From assembly GCF_027490375.1 (NCBI RefSeq), contig NZ_JAIXYH010000016.1, forward strand, positions 31,123-95,122: a stretch of DNA of 64,000 nt, in the 5' to 3' direction. The DNA is from Flavobacterium sp. (GTDB lineage Bacteria; Bacteroidota; Bacteroidia; Flavobacteriales; Flavobacteriaceae). Position numbers and translations under genes: made by a program. Of this stretch, positions 1-10,045 are shown piece by piece. How positions within the stretch are numbered: position 1 is the stretch's first letter; each line of letters opens with the position of its first letter. The notes under the pieces are model-generated. The model had not been told where the DNA came from. It did not search any database and saw only the letters and a list, made by a program, of their open reading frames with translations.

Positions 1-9
1 CATTAATTT

Positions 10-453
10 ATGGAAAAATATCTATGGATTTTACTCGTAATCGTTGCAGGTGCCTGCTTACCTGTACAAACCGGACTTAACAATAAAATCGGAAAAGTAC
101 TCGAATCGCCTGTACATGCCTCCTTTGTATCTTTTACTGTTGGAGCGATAAGTATCCTATTATTTATTCTACTCTTCCGAATTCAATATAATGCTGGAAG
201 CATCCAAAACGTACCAACTTTTGCTTGGACCTCAGGTTTATTCGGTGCCTTTTACGTGGTTATTGCTATCATGGGATATCAAAAACTCGGCGTTCCAGTT
301 ACGTTCGGTCTTATTGTTACCGGACAAATGATTGCATCGCTGATTCTTGAACACAACAACATTTTAGTTGCAGCTCCGCATCCAATTAATTGGGCACGTA
401 TCGCCGGCGTTGGACTAATAATTGGCGGCGTGGTATTAATTCGAAATTTTTAA
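10..453 (+). CDS. Small DMT-superfamily (YdcZ/DUF606-like) inner-membrane protein
   Basis: 147-aa ORF with an ATG start. It is almost entirely hydrophobic helices, and the N-terminal pattern resembles YdcZ-type transporters (from memory, not searched). Confidence 0.55.
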   Translation: MEKYLWILLVIVAGACLPVQTGLNNKIGKVLESPVHASFVSFTVGAISILLFILLFRIQYNAGSIQNVPTFAWTSGLFGAFYVVIAIMGYQKLGVPVTFGLIVTGQMIASLILEHNNILVAAPHPINWARIAGVGLIIGGVVLIRNF

Positions 454-462
454 AACCCAGTC

Positions 463-1830
463 ATGAAATCGCTTTGGATTCTTGTGCTTACATCGGCTTT
501 AACAGCAACTGTTTCGGCACAAACCTTTAATTTTCAGTCGTTGCGCTATAACGAAAACTACAGCTTTCTTCGCGACAGCGCATCAAATCCGTATCGGAAA
601 CTCAAGTTTGCAGCGCTGAACGATTCAAAAAGTTCGTGGATGAGCTTTGGCGGTGAGCTACGGTATCAATACCAAAAGTTTGAAAACGAAGATTGGGGCG
701 ACGCACCACACGATGAAAACGGATTTATCTTAACACGTCTGCTCTTCTACGCCGATACACACCTCGGAAACCGTTTTCGGATTTTTACCCAAATAAAAAG
801 CAACGCATTGCAAAGTAGAGAAATGCCCGCGAAACGCATTGAAGTAAACGCATTGGATTTCCATCAATTCTTCTTCGACTATAACTTCAATCTAAATAAC
901 ACAAACATCACATTTAGAGCAGGTCGGCAAGAAATTCGTTATGGAAGTCAACGCCTGATTTCTGTTCGCGAAGGTCCGAATAACCGCTTAAGTTTCGACG
1001 GTGCACGGATATTAAGTACGTTTAAAAACGGACAAATCGACGCCTTTTATCTGTATTCAGTTATCGATTTCCCAGACATATTCGACGATCGAATCAATCA
1101 AGATAATGCACTTTTCGGCATTTACACTACTTGGAAAAATGTGCCGCTTTTTAAAAATGCCGATTTGTACTTTCTAGGTGTTCGCAACAAAAATGCGAAT
1201 TTCAATGAAGTGAGCGGCAACGAAAATCGCTATTCCGTGGGCGGTCGTCTTTGGCAAAACAAATCGCCTTTTCGGTACGACTTTGAAGCACTTTTTCAGT
1301 TTGGAAGCTTTAGCGGTACCAATATCGCAGCATACACTGCTTCGCTCGACGCCAGCTATCAATTTGAAAAGCTTTGGAAAAAGCCGCTCATTGGTTTAAA
1401 AACTGAAGTCATCAGTGGAGATCGTTCACCAGACGACAATACGTTAAACACATTCAATCCCATGTATCCGCGCGGCGCGTACTTTGGTTTGGCAGCGCTT
1501 GTTGGACCTTCAAACCTAATCGATTTTCATCCGTATATGCAAACAAATCTGACCGATAATTTGATTTGGGGCATCGATTACGACGTGTTCTGGCGGTATT
1601 CTACGCGTGACGGCATTTATGGACCAAACGGACGCTTAATCTATCCCGATGCAAATTCCGACGAGAAATTCATCGGTTCACAACTCGGAACTGATCTCGA
1701 ATACCAATTTTCCGACTTTACTACGCTCGTTCTCGAAGGCACTTGGTTTCAAACCGGAAACTACCTGCAAGATGTTTCCACCGGAAAAGACATTTGGTTT
1801 ACCGCATTTACGCTTCAATTCAAATTCTAA
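463..1830 (+). CDS. Outer-membrane beta-barrel protein, alginate-export-like porin family
   Basis: 455-aa ORF with a signal peptide (MKSLWILVLTSALTATVSAQ). It has alternating aromatic/polar beta-strand patterns and a C-terminal F. It lies 10 nt downstream of the previous gene. Confidence 0.55.
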   Translation: MKSLWILVLTSALTATVSAQTFNFQSLRYNENYSFLRDSASNPYRKLKFAALNDSKSSWMSFGGELRYQYQKFENEDWGDAPHDENGFILTRLLFYADTHLGNRFRIFTQIKSNALQSREMPAKRIEVNALDFHQFFFDYNFNLNNTNITFRAGRQEIRYGSQRLISVREGPNNRLSFDGARILSTFKNGQIDAFYLYSVIDFPDIFDDRINQDNALFGIYTTWKNVPLFKNADLYFLGVRNKNANFNEVSGNENRYSVGGRLWQNKSPFRYDFEALFQFGSFSGTNIAAYTASLDASYQFEKLWKKPLIGLKTEVISGDRSPDDNTLNTFNPMYPRGAYFGLAALVGPSNLIDFHPYMQTNLTDNLIWGIDYDVFWRYSTRDGIYGPNGRLIYPDANSDEKFIGSQLGTDLEYQFSDFTTLVLEGTWFQTGNYLQDVSTGKDIWFTAFTLQFKF

Positions 1831-1840
1831 ATCAGAAATT

Positions 1841-2581
1841 ATGTTAGCTATTTTACCCGCAGCAAAAGCGCACAAAGTACGTCGCGGAAATTTTAATATC
1901 GATATCGTTTTTCCGGGCTTAGCTCGTCACAATCCAGAGGATGCTCGTGGATTAGCGCAGCTCGGACGCTTTGATTTTGCACAACTCCTACCTGGCGTTT
2001 TCGTTGGAATGCATATGCACCAAAACGATGAGATCTTGTCGTATCTCCGCTCCGGAACATTACAGCACGAAGACAGCAGCGGCGAAAAGGCTACACTTTC
2101 GAATCGGAAATTAATGATGATGAATGCGGGAAGCGGCTTTTACCACCAAGAGCAGATTCCAGAAAACGGCGAGCCCGTGCGAATGCTGCAAATATTCGTG
2201 CGTCCCGAACGCGAAAACGAGACGCCCAAAGTGCAATTTCACGAATTCGAAGAGGCCTTCTCCATAAATCAATGGCGCTTAATTGCCGGACACAAGCAAA
2301 CAAATGCTCCCTTAGAAATTCGTTCGAAAGTGCGAATATTCGATGCTCGATTTACAAAAGATCAAACCTTTGAAAGCCCAACTGCCGAAACACTCCAACT
2401 ACTTTTTGTTTTTTCTGGCTGCATAGAATTAACAGACGGAACGCTACTTGCTGAAGGCGACAGCCTCGTATTCACAACTGCTCGTACGCAATTTAAAAGT
2501 ACACAGCTAACCGACCTCGTGCTTTTTGAATTGAACGAAAATGCCTACTATATCCGAAACGGCATGTTTAGCGGAACCTAA
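1841..2581 (+). CDS. Pirin-family (cupin) protein
   Basis: The tracked ORF 1649..2581 overlaps the porin gene, so I trimmed it to the ATG at 1841 (MLAILPAAKAHKV...). It has a cupin metal motif region (HMHQNDEILSYLRSG) and pirin-like length. Confidence 0.7.
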   Translation: MLAILPAAKAHKVRRGNFNIDIVFPGLARHNPEDARGLAQLGRFDFAQLLPGVFVGMHMHQNDEILSYLRSGTLQHEDSSGEKATLSNRKLMMMNAGSGFYHQEQIPENGEPVRMLQIFVRPERENETPKVQFHEFEEAFSINQWRLIAGHKQTNAPLEIRSKVRIFDARFTKDQTFESPTAETLQLLFVFSGCIELTDGTLLAEGDSLVFTTARTQFKSTQLTDLVLFELNENAYYIRNGMFSGT

Positions 2582-2591
2582 AAGCTCTTTT

Positions 2592-2801
2592 ATGCCAATT
2601 CTAATCTTTAAATCAAACATCGACTGTCACGCGAAACTCGAACAATTAGAAGCCGTTTTATGTCGGGAACAAGACGTACACAGCTGGACTGTAGATCTTG
2701 AAGATTGCGATAAAGTCTTGCGAATAATCACAAAAAAGGCAATCAAAAATAAACTGCTAACACTACTAAAAAATTCCGGATTTGAAATATCCGATCTATA
2801 A
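2592..2801 (+). CDS. Small hypothetical protein
   Basis: The ORF was trimmed to an internal ATG (MPILIFKSNIDCH...) just after the pirin stop. It is tightly packed with its neighbours. Confidence 0.4.
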   Translation: MPILIFKSNIDCHAKLEQLEAVLCREQDVHSWTVDLEDCDKVLRIITKKAIKNKLLTLLKNSGFEISDL

Positions 2802-2803
2802 TT

Positions 2804-3100
2804 ATGGAAAACTTTGATTCATTAATCGACGCAATTAACACGTATAAATCAGAAGGTTATACGGAAGATTTTAATCTAAAACAAAATTGCATCAGCTGCC
2901 GCAACGGTGCGTACTCCATTTTCCACAACGAATTCAACATCGATAAATTTTACCGATTTGAAGCCGATACCGATCCCGATGAACAATCGATAATCTACGC
3001 CATCTCCTCACCAAAATATCAGTTAAAAGGAATACTTATCAATGCATACGGCATTTATTCTGAACCACTTACCGACGAAATGCTCTCTAAATTGAAATAG
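2804..3100 (+). CDS. Hypothetical protein (98 aa)
   Basis: Clean ORF lying 2 nt after the previous stop, on the same strand as its operon-like neighbours. Confidence 0.5.
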   Translation: MENFDSLIDAINTYKSEGYTEDFNLKQNCISCRNGAYSIFHNEFNIDKFYRFEADTDPDEQSIIYAISSPKYQLKGILINAYGIYSEPLTDEMLSKLK

Positions 3101-3105
3101 TTTTT

Positions 3106-3498
3106 ATGAAAACGCCCAATTCAGATATCGCACAACGCTATTTGAAAGCGATATACCAACAAGATTACGAAACAGCAAATAACTTACTTGCAAACAACGT
3201 TACTTTAACCATGAACGGAAACAACAAGCTAAGTGGCATCCGCATCGGAAAACCTGCATTTTTCGAAGCTTTTGAACGCATGATGCAACTCACGCAATTT
3301 TCCTACAAAATGATTGAAGAAATCGAATGGCTCGAAGGACACTCGCGGGCGGTGCTCCTAGCTGTAGAGACTGCAACAAAAAATAACGTCTCGTACCATT
3401 TTAATCGCGCAATCGATTACCAAATACAAGACGGAAAAATTCAAGCCATAAAAATCTATGAAGGCGAACCCGTAACTGTTGACCTTATCTTCAGTTAA
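3106..3498 (+). CDS. NTF2/SnoaL-like fold protein
   Basis: 130 aa. The N-terminal 'AQRYLKAIYQQDYETANNLLANNV' and C-terminal 'DGKIQAIKIYEG' are typical of SnoaL-like proteins. Confidence 0.55.
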   Translation: MKTPNSDIAQRYLKAIYQQDYETANNLLANNVTLTMNGNNKLSGIRIGKPAFFEAFERMMQLTQFSYKMIEEIEWLEGHSRAVLLAVETATKNNVSYHFNRAIDYQIQDGKIQAIKIYEGEPVTVDLIFS

Positions 3499-3640
3499 CA
3501 GAACCCTCGTTGTTAACTCAATAAAAAATTATTAATCATTAGATACTATTCTTATTTACAAAGCTTTTAACTCCAAAACACATTTCAAATTCAAAACAAG
3601 ATTTTCGTCGAGCCCATGATAATAGCTTTTAATTTGGGCA

Positions 3641-3830
3641 ACCCGGCGGCAACCGTTCTTCAACTAAAAGTCGCGCCGCCGTCGGGCATTTCGCTGCAAG
3701 TTTGCGCACTGCGGGCAATAAAACTAAAAAAGCACAGACGCTTCTGTTAGTCGCACTGTGCTTTTCGTTTTATAAGCCCTCAGTTTTGCAAAGCTTTTCG
3801 CTGCATTCCCTGTTGCGGAAATACGTTACC
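3641..3830 (+). repeat. Diverged copy (G) of the ~155-190 nt structured repeat element
   Basis: It shares the 3' module (TTTTCGCTGCATTCCCTGTTGCGGAAATACGTTAC) and a central hairpin: AAAAGCACAG (3728-3737) / CTGTGCTTTT (3756-3765), with a loop containing TTCTGTTAGTC. It has an extra 5' hairpin, CGGCGGC...GCCGCCG. The central hairpin plus the following T-rich run could also terminate the upstream + strand genes. Confidence 0.55.
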
Positions 3831-4668
3831 CTTTAAAATCGCGTTTTAAAACCGTTTTCAAATCTGTGGCTTTTCTTCCCAAAACGAGCTCCACACCATC
3901 GGCAATAATCTCCACTTCTTTCTTAGCTATAATGCCGTACACCGAAATCAGGTAATTCGCAACAAATTCAGGCGCACCACTATCCACTAAAACCTGTCTG
4001 AAAACCTCCGGCGTCGGATTCGGATATGTAATTTTCTTACCCAAAATTTCAGTTAAATAGGCAGCAATATCTTCATACGTTAGCAACTCAGGACCGGTGA
4101 GTTCGTATGTTTTATGTTCGTGCCCATCTTCAGTTAGTGCTTTTGCTGCAACTTCGGCAATGTCGTAAACATCCACAAAAGCTGCTTTTCCAAAACCTGC
4201 CGGCATAAAAACGATGTTGCGTTGGGTAATGTTCTCGAATTCGTAATTTTTAAAATTCTGCGCAAAAAACGAAGGACGTAAAATGGTATATGCAAATCCG
4301 TCGGCAGCTAACTTCTTTTCTAAATTCAAATGAAACTCGAAATTGTCGCCCATCTTTTCCGAGGCAAAAGCCGAAAAGTAAACTACACGATTAATTCCCT
4401 TTTCCTTTAAAAAATCAATGAAAGGCGTAAGCAAGGCTTCAATACCAAATTGCAAAGGCGGCCCCAATAAAAACACCCGATCAACATCGGCCACAGCAGC
4501 TTCAAAAGTCGACACGTCGGCAAAATCAAAAGGCACATACTCTGAATACTCGTTTGTAGGTAACGGATTTCTACTTGCTAACTTTACTGCAACACGGCGA
4601 TTGGTGAGCACTTCTGCTAAGGCTTTTCCGTTGGTTCCACTTGCTCCTGTAATAAGAATTTTCGACAT
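3826..4668 (-). CDS. NmrA-family NAD(P)-binding (atypical SDR) protein
   Basis: It has the N-terminal Rossmann motif MSKILITGASGTNGKAL and is 280 aa long. It is divergently paired with an HxlR regulator, which is the classic arrangement. Confidence 0.8.
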   Translation of the reverse strand: MSKILITGASGTNGKALAEVLTNRRVAVKLASRNPLPTNEYSEYVPFDFADVSTFEAAVADVDRVFLLGPPLQFGIEALLTPFIDFLKEKGINRVVYFSAFASEKMGDNFEFHLNLEKKLAADGFAYTILRPSFFAQNFKNYEFENITQRNIVFMPAGFGKAAFVDVYDIAEVAAKALTEDGHEHKTYELTGPELLTYEDIAAYLTEILGKKITYPNPTPEVFRQVLVDSGAPEFVANYLISVYGIIAKKEVEIIADGVELVLGRKATDLKTVLKRDFKG

Positions 4669-4784
4669 AATACTTGTTTGAATAATGATACAATAGTTAC
4701 TTTTAATAACTCAAAAGTAAATAGTAACTTTGCGTCAAACAAGAAGGTACAGCGCTATAACTCACGCACACAGCAGTAACTAAT

Positions 4785-5189
4785 ATGGAAAATCAAGACC
4801 TTAAGTCCGAAAAAAAATTCCAAGAATATTTCAATTTAGCAAACAGCAGTCGGAACTTCTCTTGTCCGGTACGCGATGTTGTTGCGCACGTGAGCGATAA
4901 ATGGTCGCTTTTGGTGGTATATGCATTAGCAGGCGACGGCACCCTTCGCTTTAACGAACTAAAATCAAAAATCGGCGATGTTTCTCAGCGCATGCTTACC
5001 GTTACGGTTCGTAAGCTAGAACAAGACGGACTTGTAAAACGTACGATTTATCCCGAAGTACCGCCACGAGTTGAATACCAATTAACAAGCTTGGGTATGG
5101 AATTGCTTAACAAACTCGTTCCGCTAATTGATTGGGCGCAAGAAAACAGCAATCTTATTATTTCCAGTCGAAAAAAAGCCGGGAAGTAG
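4785..5189 (+). CDS. HxlR-family winged-helix transcriptional regulator
   Basis: It contains 'CPVRDVVAHVSDKWSLLVVYAL...RFNELK...ISQRMLTVTVRKLEQDGLVKRTIYPEVPPRVEYQLT', the HxlR signature. Confidence 0.85.
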   Translation: MENQDLKSEKKFQEYFNLANSSRNFSCPVRDVVAHVSDKWSLLVVYALAGDGTLRFNELKSKIGDVSQRMLTVTVRKLEQDGLVKRTIYPEVPPRVEYQLTSLGMELLNKLVPLIDWAQENSNLIISSRKKAGK

Positions 5190-5205
5190 TAACCTTAACT
5201 TCAAT

Positions 5206-5240
5206 AAAAAAGCCGTTCGAAAAATCAAACGGCTTTAAAA
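5206..5240 (-). terminator. Rho-independent terminator for sucD (possibly bidirectional)
   Basis: The hairpin is AGCCGTT (5211-5217) / AACGGCT (5228-5234). On the minus strand it is followed by TTTTTATT, and it lies between convergent genes. Confidence 0.6.
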
Positions 5241-5255
5241 ATGGAGTTCTTACGG

Positions 5256-6128
5256 TTAACCAAGAACTTCTTTAACTTTTTTACCTATTTCAGCAGGAGA
5301 ATCTACTACGTGGATTCCGCAGGCGCGCATGATTGCTTTTTTAGCAGCAGCTGTATCGTCGGCACCGCCAACAATTGCTCCAGCATGCCCCATCGTTCTA
5401 CCTTTTGGTGCTGTTTCACCAGCAATAAAACCAACAACTGGCTTGCGGTTACCATCGGCTTGAATCCATTTTGCAGCATCAGCTTCAAGCTGACCTCCAA
5501 TTTCGCCAATCATAACAATACACTTTGTTTCCGGATCGTTCATCAACAACTCAACAGCTTCTTTAGTTGTAGTTCCAATGATTGGGTCGCCACCAATTCC
5601 GATAGCCGTTGTAATTCCTAAACCTTGCTTCACTACTTGATCGGCAGCTTCGTACGTTAATGTTCCCGACTTTGAAACAATTCCCACAGTTCCTTTTTTG
5701 AAAACGAAACCAGGCATGATTCCTACTTTTGCTTCTTCTGGCGTGATTACACCTGGACAGTTTGGACCGATTAAACGGCAATTCTTTCCTTTGATATAAT
5801 CGTAAGCTTTAATCATATCAGCAACCGGAATACCTTCCGTAATGGCAATAATAACTTTGATTCCGGCATCGGCAGCTTCCATAATAGCATCTGCGGCAAA
5901 TGCAGGTGGTACAAAAATGATACTGGTATCTGCACCAGCTTGTTCAACAGCGTCTTTTACGGTATTGAAAACCGGACGATCTAAATGCGTTGTTCCGCCT
6001 TTTCCTGGAGTTACACCGCCTACGACGTTTGTTCCGTATTCAATCATTTGCGAAGCGTGGAAAGTTCCCTCGCTTCCTGTAAAACCTTGTACAATAATTT
6101 TTGAATCTTTATTTACTAAGACGCTCAT
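5256..6128 (-). CDS. sucD: Succinate--CoA ligase subunit alpha
   Basis: It reads [45 protein letters not shown]... and contains the phosphohistidine region GHAGAIV. Confidence 0.95.
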   Translation of the reverse strand: MSVLVNKDSKIIVQGFTGSEGTFHASQMIEYGTNVVGGVTPGKGGTTHLDRPVFNTVKDAVEQAGADTSIIFVPPAFAADAIMEAADAGIKVIIAITEGIPVADMIKAYDYIKGKNCRLIGPNCPGVITPEEAKVGIMPGFVFKKGTVGIVSKSGTLTYEAADQVVKQGLGITTAIGIGGDPIIGTTTKEAVELLMNDPETKCIVMIGEIGGQLEADAAKWIQADGNRKPVVGFIAGETAPKGRTMGHAGAIVGGADDTAAAKKAIMRACGIHVVDSPAEIGKKVKEVLG

Positions 6129-6221
6129 TATGGTTGAATTATTTAGTTTATAAAATTATAGCGCAAAAATAAGGTAAATGCTGTAACTATTGGTTAAATT
6201 ATTACAGCTTGTTTTTAAAAA

Positions 6222-7358
6222 TTAGTCAAAATAAATGATGTTCGCTGCTTTGTACGGATACTGATAAATGCAAAAACTCAGTTCGGCTTTTGGATAACGC
6301 ATTTTGAGCGAATCGGCTATTTGTCTATAAACACGAATCTCTGGATACACCACCGTATTGGTTTCGCGGATGTGCCACACGTTAGTTTGAAGAACCGTTT
6401 TCGTATCGCAGTACGTGCGCTTTTTCGTTTCAAAAACCTTCAGGTCGGGTGCTTCATCAGGTTTCCCCACACAAATATCAAATTGCTTTAACCTTCCAGA
6501 GTAGAGATTAAACGCTAAAAAGTTATCGTAATAATCAACGAAACTTAAAAAAGGGAGTATTAGTAAAAATAGGCCTAACAACAGTGTTTTCGGGTGTTTT
6601 ATATTGAAATGCAGTGCTGCTCGTTCTGTTTTATGATAAAATATGACAGGCAAAATAGCCATCATTAATATATTCCAAGGCCAAACAATACTGTTGTAAT
6701 CTATTCCGGAAGGTGAAATAAACACCAAAATGAAAATATGCATACCTACTAAAATCCACGCATAAAAGAATTTGTTTCGAGCAAATAAAACTCCGATAGC
6801 GCCAATTACTTCAAACACACCTAGAGCCAAACCGCTGTAATGCACTATGGCTTGTTCGGCTATCGATAAATCGAAACCTAAAAACCGCTGCAAAATCATT
6901 CGTTCCCAGACGTGAAATAAAAAGCCTCCGTTCAATTTATGCAAACCCGAGTGCAGATACAAACAAGCCGAGTAAAAAGCCATGTTCGCGGTAAAAAGCG
7001 CTGGTTTCTTTCTGTACAAATCAAATAATATTCCTGTAAATATAAATTGTAAAATATACGGCTGCCAGCGGTTTTGATCAGGAATTAATTGAATTATTTC
7101 TATGATTATCAAAGAAATAAGCACAATTCGATTTGTAGGCTTTAGCATTAAAAAAAGCAAACCCAACAACGAACCACCAAATAACACGTAGTGCAAAAAC
7201 GCTGGAAAGGCAGGTATAAAACTAAAGTACGGCGCCATTGGAAACACATGCGTTCCCAACCACAGCGGATAACTCATTACCTTGGTTACCAGCCAAAAAA
7301 ATAGCGTTAACCGAAAGATTAACTCTACTACTTTATCTTGATTCCGAAAAAATGACAT
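6222..7358 (-). CDS. Polytopic membrane protein of unknown function
   Basis: 378 aa with about 9 or more hydrophobic segments. I did not recognise a catalytic motif. Confidence 0.6.
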   Translation of the reverse strand: MSFFRNQDKVVELIFRLTLFFWLVTKVMSYPLWLGTHVFPMAPYFSFIPAFPAFLHYVLFGGSLLGLLFLMLKPTNRIVLISLIIIEIIQLIPDQNRWQPYILQFIFTGILFDLYRKKPALFTANMAFYSACLYLHSGLHKLNGGFLFHVWERMILQRFLGFDLSIAEQAIVHYSGLALGVFEVIGAIGVLFARNKFFYAWILVGMHIFILVFISPSGIDYNSIVWPWNILMMAILPVIFYHKTERAALHFNIKHPKTLLLGLFLLILPFLSFVDYYDNFLAFNLYSGRLKQFDICVGKPDEAPDLKVFETKKRTYCDTKTVLQTNVWHIRETNTVVYPEIRVYRQIADSLKMRYPKAELSFCIYQYPYKAANIIYFD

Positions 7359-7359
7359 A

Positions 7360-7722
7360 CTAAACGAGCTGGCTTATTTGAGTACCACTTACCAATTTCT
7401 CATCTTTCACTTCCCAAACCACAGCAAAATCAGCCAAAAGAATATCCTCACGCGGATTCTCAATAGTTTTCACATAATGAGCATAAAAAACAGCAACGTG
7501 GTTCTTTTCTTTCACCAAACTTTTAATGCGAACTTTTGATCGCACATACGCTCTACTCATCTCAGTCGCTAGAGCAACTAAGTCGCTTTTGGTATATGTC
7601 TTTTTACCTGTAGAACTTGTCCAAACAAACTCAATATCGTCGTGTAAATAGGTTGCTAATAACTGACCGTTAATCAACGCATCCGATTTATAGAAATCCT
7701 TTATGAATTTTTTGACCGACAT
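7360..7722 (-). CDS. Small NTF2-like hypothetical protein
   Basis: 120 aa, lying 1 nt from the downstream gene and 2 nt from the upstream gene. It looks translationally packed. Confidence 0.45.
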   Translation of the reverse strand: MSVKKFIKDFYKSDALINGQLLATYLHDDIEFVWTSSTGKKTYTKSDLVALATEMSRAYVRSKVRIKSLVKEKNHVAVFYAHYVKTIENPREDILLADFAVVWEVKDEKLVSGTQISQLV

Positions 7723-7724
7723 AA

Positions 7725-8654
7725 CTATTTTAATTTTTCGACAATTTCAGGAAGTCTCTTTAAATAAGCAAGTTGTTTGAGCTTTTCTCTACTCTCTTCG
7801 ATCGGAGTTCCGAAGTAACTCTTTCCACCTTCGATGGATTTCGTAACACCAGTCTGACCCATAATTACTGCTTTCTTACCGATGGTGATGCCGCTTGTAG
7901 TTCCAACTTGGCCCCAAATCGTTACTTCATCTTCGATAACCACGCAACCTGCAATTCCAACTTGCGAAGCAAATAAGCACTTTTTACCCACAACGGTATC
8001 GTGACCAATCTGTATGTGATTATCTAACTTTGAGCCCGCACCAATAGTTGTATCGCCGGTAACGCCACGATCTATTGTGCAAAGCGCGCCAATATGCACA
8101 TCGTCTTCAATAACTACGCGTCCGCCGCTTTTAAGCTGATCGAAACCTTCAGGTCGCTTTTTGTAATAAAAGGCATCAGCTCCGATAATCGTTCCAGCGT
8201 GAATGACTACGTTATCGCCAATCACACAATGATCGTAAATCACCACATTCGAGTAAATAATACAATTTTTACCGATTGTCACATGATTTCCAATTACTAC
8301 CTGCGGTTGTATAACCGTACCCGAACCTATTTGAGCCGTTTCCGAAATCGATGCGTGCAATGCCTGAAACGGTCGGAAATAATTGGTTAGTTTATTGAAG
8401 TCGCGAAACGGATCATCACTGATTAAAAGTGCTTTACCTTCCGGACATTCAACTTCTTTATTAATGAGAACAATGGTTGCAGCCGATTGTAGCGCTTTGT
8501 CGTAATACTTCGGATGATCCACAAAAACGATGTCGCCCGGTTCAACAACATGAATTTCGTTCATACCCAAAACCGGAAAATCCGGCCGACCTACAAACGT
8601 AGTTCCGATGATCTGAGCAATCTCTTTCAGGGTATGTACTTTCGGAAATTTCAT
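7725..8654 (-). CDS. lpxD: UDP-3-O-acylglucosamine N-acyltransferase paralog (short LpxD)
   Basis: It has left-handed beta-helix hexapeptide repeats (IG.N..I) and an LpxD-type N-terminal domain. It sits next to efp and lpxA. Confidence 0.75.
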   Translation of the reverse strand: MKFPKVHTLKEIAQIIGTTFVGRPDFPVLGMNEIHVVEPGDIVFVDHPKYYDKALQSAATIVLINKEVECPEGKALLISDDPFRDFNKLTNYFRPFQALHASISETAQIGSGTVIQPQVVIGNHVTIGKNCIIYSNVVIYDHCVIGDNVVIHAGTIIGADAFYYKKRPEGFDQLKSGGRVVIEDDVHIGALCTIDRGVTGDTTIGAGSKLDNHIQIGHDTVVGKKCLFASQVGIAGCVVIEDEVTIWGQVGTTSGITIGKKAVIMGQTGVTKSIEGGKSYFGTPIEESREKLKQLAYLKRLPEIVEKLK

Positions 8655-8655
8655 G

Positions 8656-9222
8656 TTATTCTTTTACGCGTTCGATGTAAGAACCTGATGCGGTATCTAC
8701 TTTAATTTTATCTCCTTCATTGATAAACAACGGCACGTTTACCACGGCTCCAGTTTCTAAAGTTGCTGGTTTTGTGGCATTTGTAGACGTATTTCCTTTA
8801 ACTCCAGGTTCAGAATAGGTAACTTCTAAAACAACCGAAGCAGGCATATCAACAGATAAAGGCAAATCGGTTTCTGTATTGATGGCTACCATAACATTCT
8901 CACCTTCTTTCAATAAATCAGGTGCATCGAGAATTTTCTTGTCGAGCGTTATTTGTTCGAAGCTTTCAGCATTCATGAAGTGAAACGAATCGCCTTCGGC
9001 ATACAAAAACTGAAATTTATGCGTTTCCACGCGAATATCTTCAATTTTATGTCCTGCAGAAAAAGTGTTATCAATAACTTTTCCGGTGGTTAAGCTCTTT
9101 AATTTTGTTCTCACGAAAGCCGGACCTTTCCCAGGTTTTACGTGTAAGAACTCGATAATTTTGTAAATGTCGTGGTTGTATTTAATACACAATCCGTTTT
9201 TGATATCTGATGTAGATGCCAT
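8656..9222 (-). CDS. efp: Elongation factor P
   Basis: It reads MASTSDIKNGLCIKYNHDIYKIIEFLHVKPGKGPAFVRTKLK..., the canonical EF-P sequence, at 188 aa. Confidence 0.95.
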   Translation of the reverse strand: MASTSDIKNGLCIKYNHDIYKIIEFLHVKPGKGPAFVRTKLKSLTTGKVIDNTFSAGHKIEDIRVETHKFQFLYAEGDSFHFMNAESFEQITLDKKILDAPDLLKEGENVMVAINTETDLPLSVDMPASVVLEVTYSEPGVKGNTSTNATKPATLETGAVVNVPLFINEGDKIKVDTASGSYIERVKE

Positions 9223-9242
9223 TAGTTGATTTATAAGAGTTT

Positions 9243-10028
9243 TTAATAATTTCCGCTGTAACCTTTCATGATTCCGCGAGATGAATTTTTAATGAAATCC
9301 AGAATCTCGTCGCGTTCCGGAGTTGCCTCCATTTCCGCTTCTATAATACTGACTGCCTGAGAGGTATTGTAATTTTTTTGATAAAGAATTCTGTAAATAT
9401 TTTGAATTTCGCGAATTTTATCTGTTGAAAAACCGCGACGGCGCAAACCTACCGAATTTATTCCCACATACGACAAAGGTTCTTTTGCGGCTTTGGTGAA
9501 CGGTGGAACATCTTTTCTAACCAACGAACCACCAGAAATCATCGCGTGATCGCCAATGTGTATGAACTGATGTACGGCTGCTAAACCACCAATAATCGCG
9601 AAATTACCAACCACTACGTGTCCGGCTAATGCAACGCCATTAACGATAATTGCATTGTCGCCAATATGACAATCGTGTGCAATATGCGCTGTGGCCATTA
9701 CTAAACAATTATTTCCCAAGACAGTTTGTCCGGATGCTACCGTTCCGCGATTTATAGTTACACATTCGCGTATGGTACAGTTATCACCAATTATTGCCAA
9801 CGAATCTTCGCCGCCAAATTTCAAATCTTGTGGAACTGCGGCAATAACGGCTCCGGGGAAAATATTACAATTCTTACCGATTCGAGCGCCTTCCATAATG
9901 GTTACGTTCGAACCAATCCAAGTACCGTCGCCAATAACTACATTATTATGAATGGTCGTAAAAGGCTCAATCACTACGTTTTTAGCGATTTTGGCTCCGG
10001 GATGTACGTATGCTAAAGGTTGATTCAT
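9243..10028 (-). CDS. lpxA: Acyl-ACP--UDP-N-acetylglucosamine O-acyltransferase
   Basis: It has hexapeptide repeats and an LpxA C-terminal helical domain (GLRRRGFS..I..I...YR.L). It is 261 aa and sits in the lipid A cluster. Confidence 0.93.
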   Translation of the reverse strand: MNQPLAYVHPGAKIAKNVVIEPFTTIHNNVVIGDGTWIGSNVTIMEGARIGKNCNIFPGAVIAAVPQDLKFGGEDSLAIIGDNCTIRECVTINRGTVASGQTVLGNNCLVMATAHIAHDCHIGDNAIIVNGVALAGHVVVGNFAIIGGLAAVHQFIHIGDHAMISGGSLVRKDVPPFTKAAKEPLSYVGINSVGLRRRGFSTDKIREIQNIYRILYQKNYNTSQAVSIIEAEMEATPERDEILDFIKNSSRGIMKGYSGNY

Positions 10029-10045
10029 GCTGTTTGTTTTGGATG

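Noticed and set aside
1649-1840. N-terminal 64-codon extension of the pirin ORF
   Set aside because: It overlaps the 3' end of the porin gene in another frame. The pirin homology begins at the ATG at 1841.
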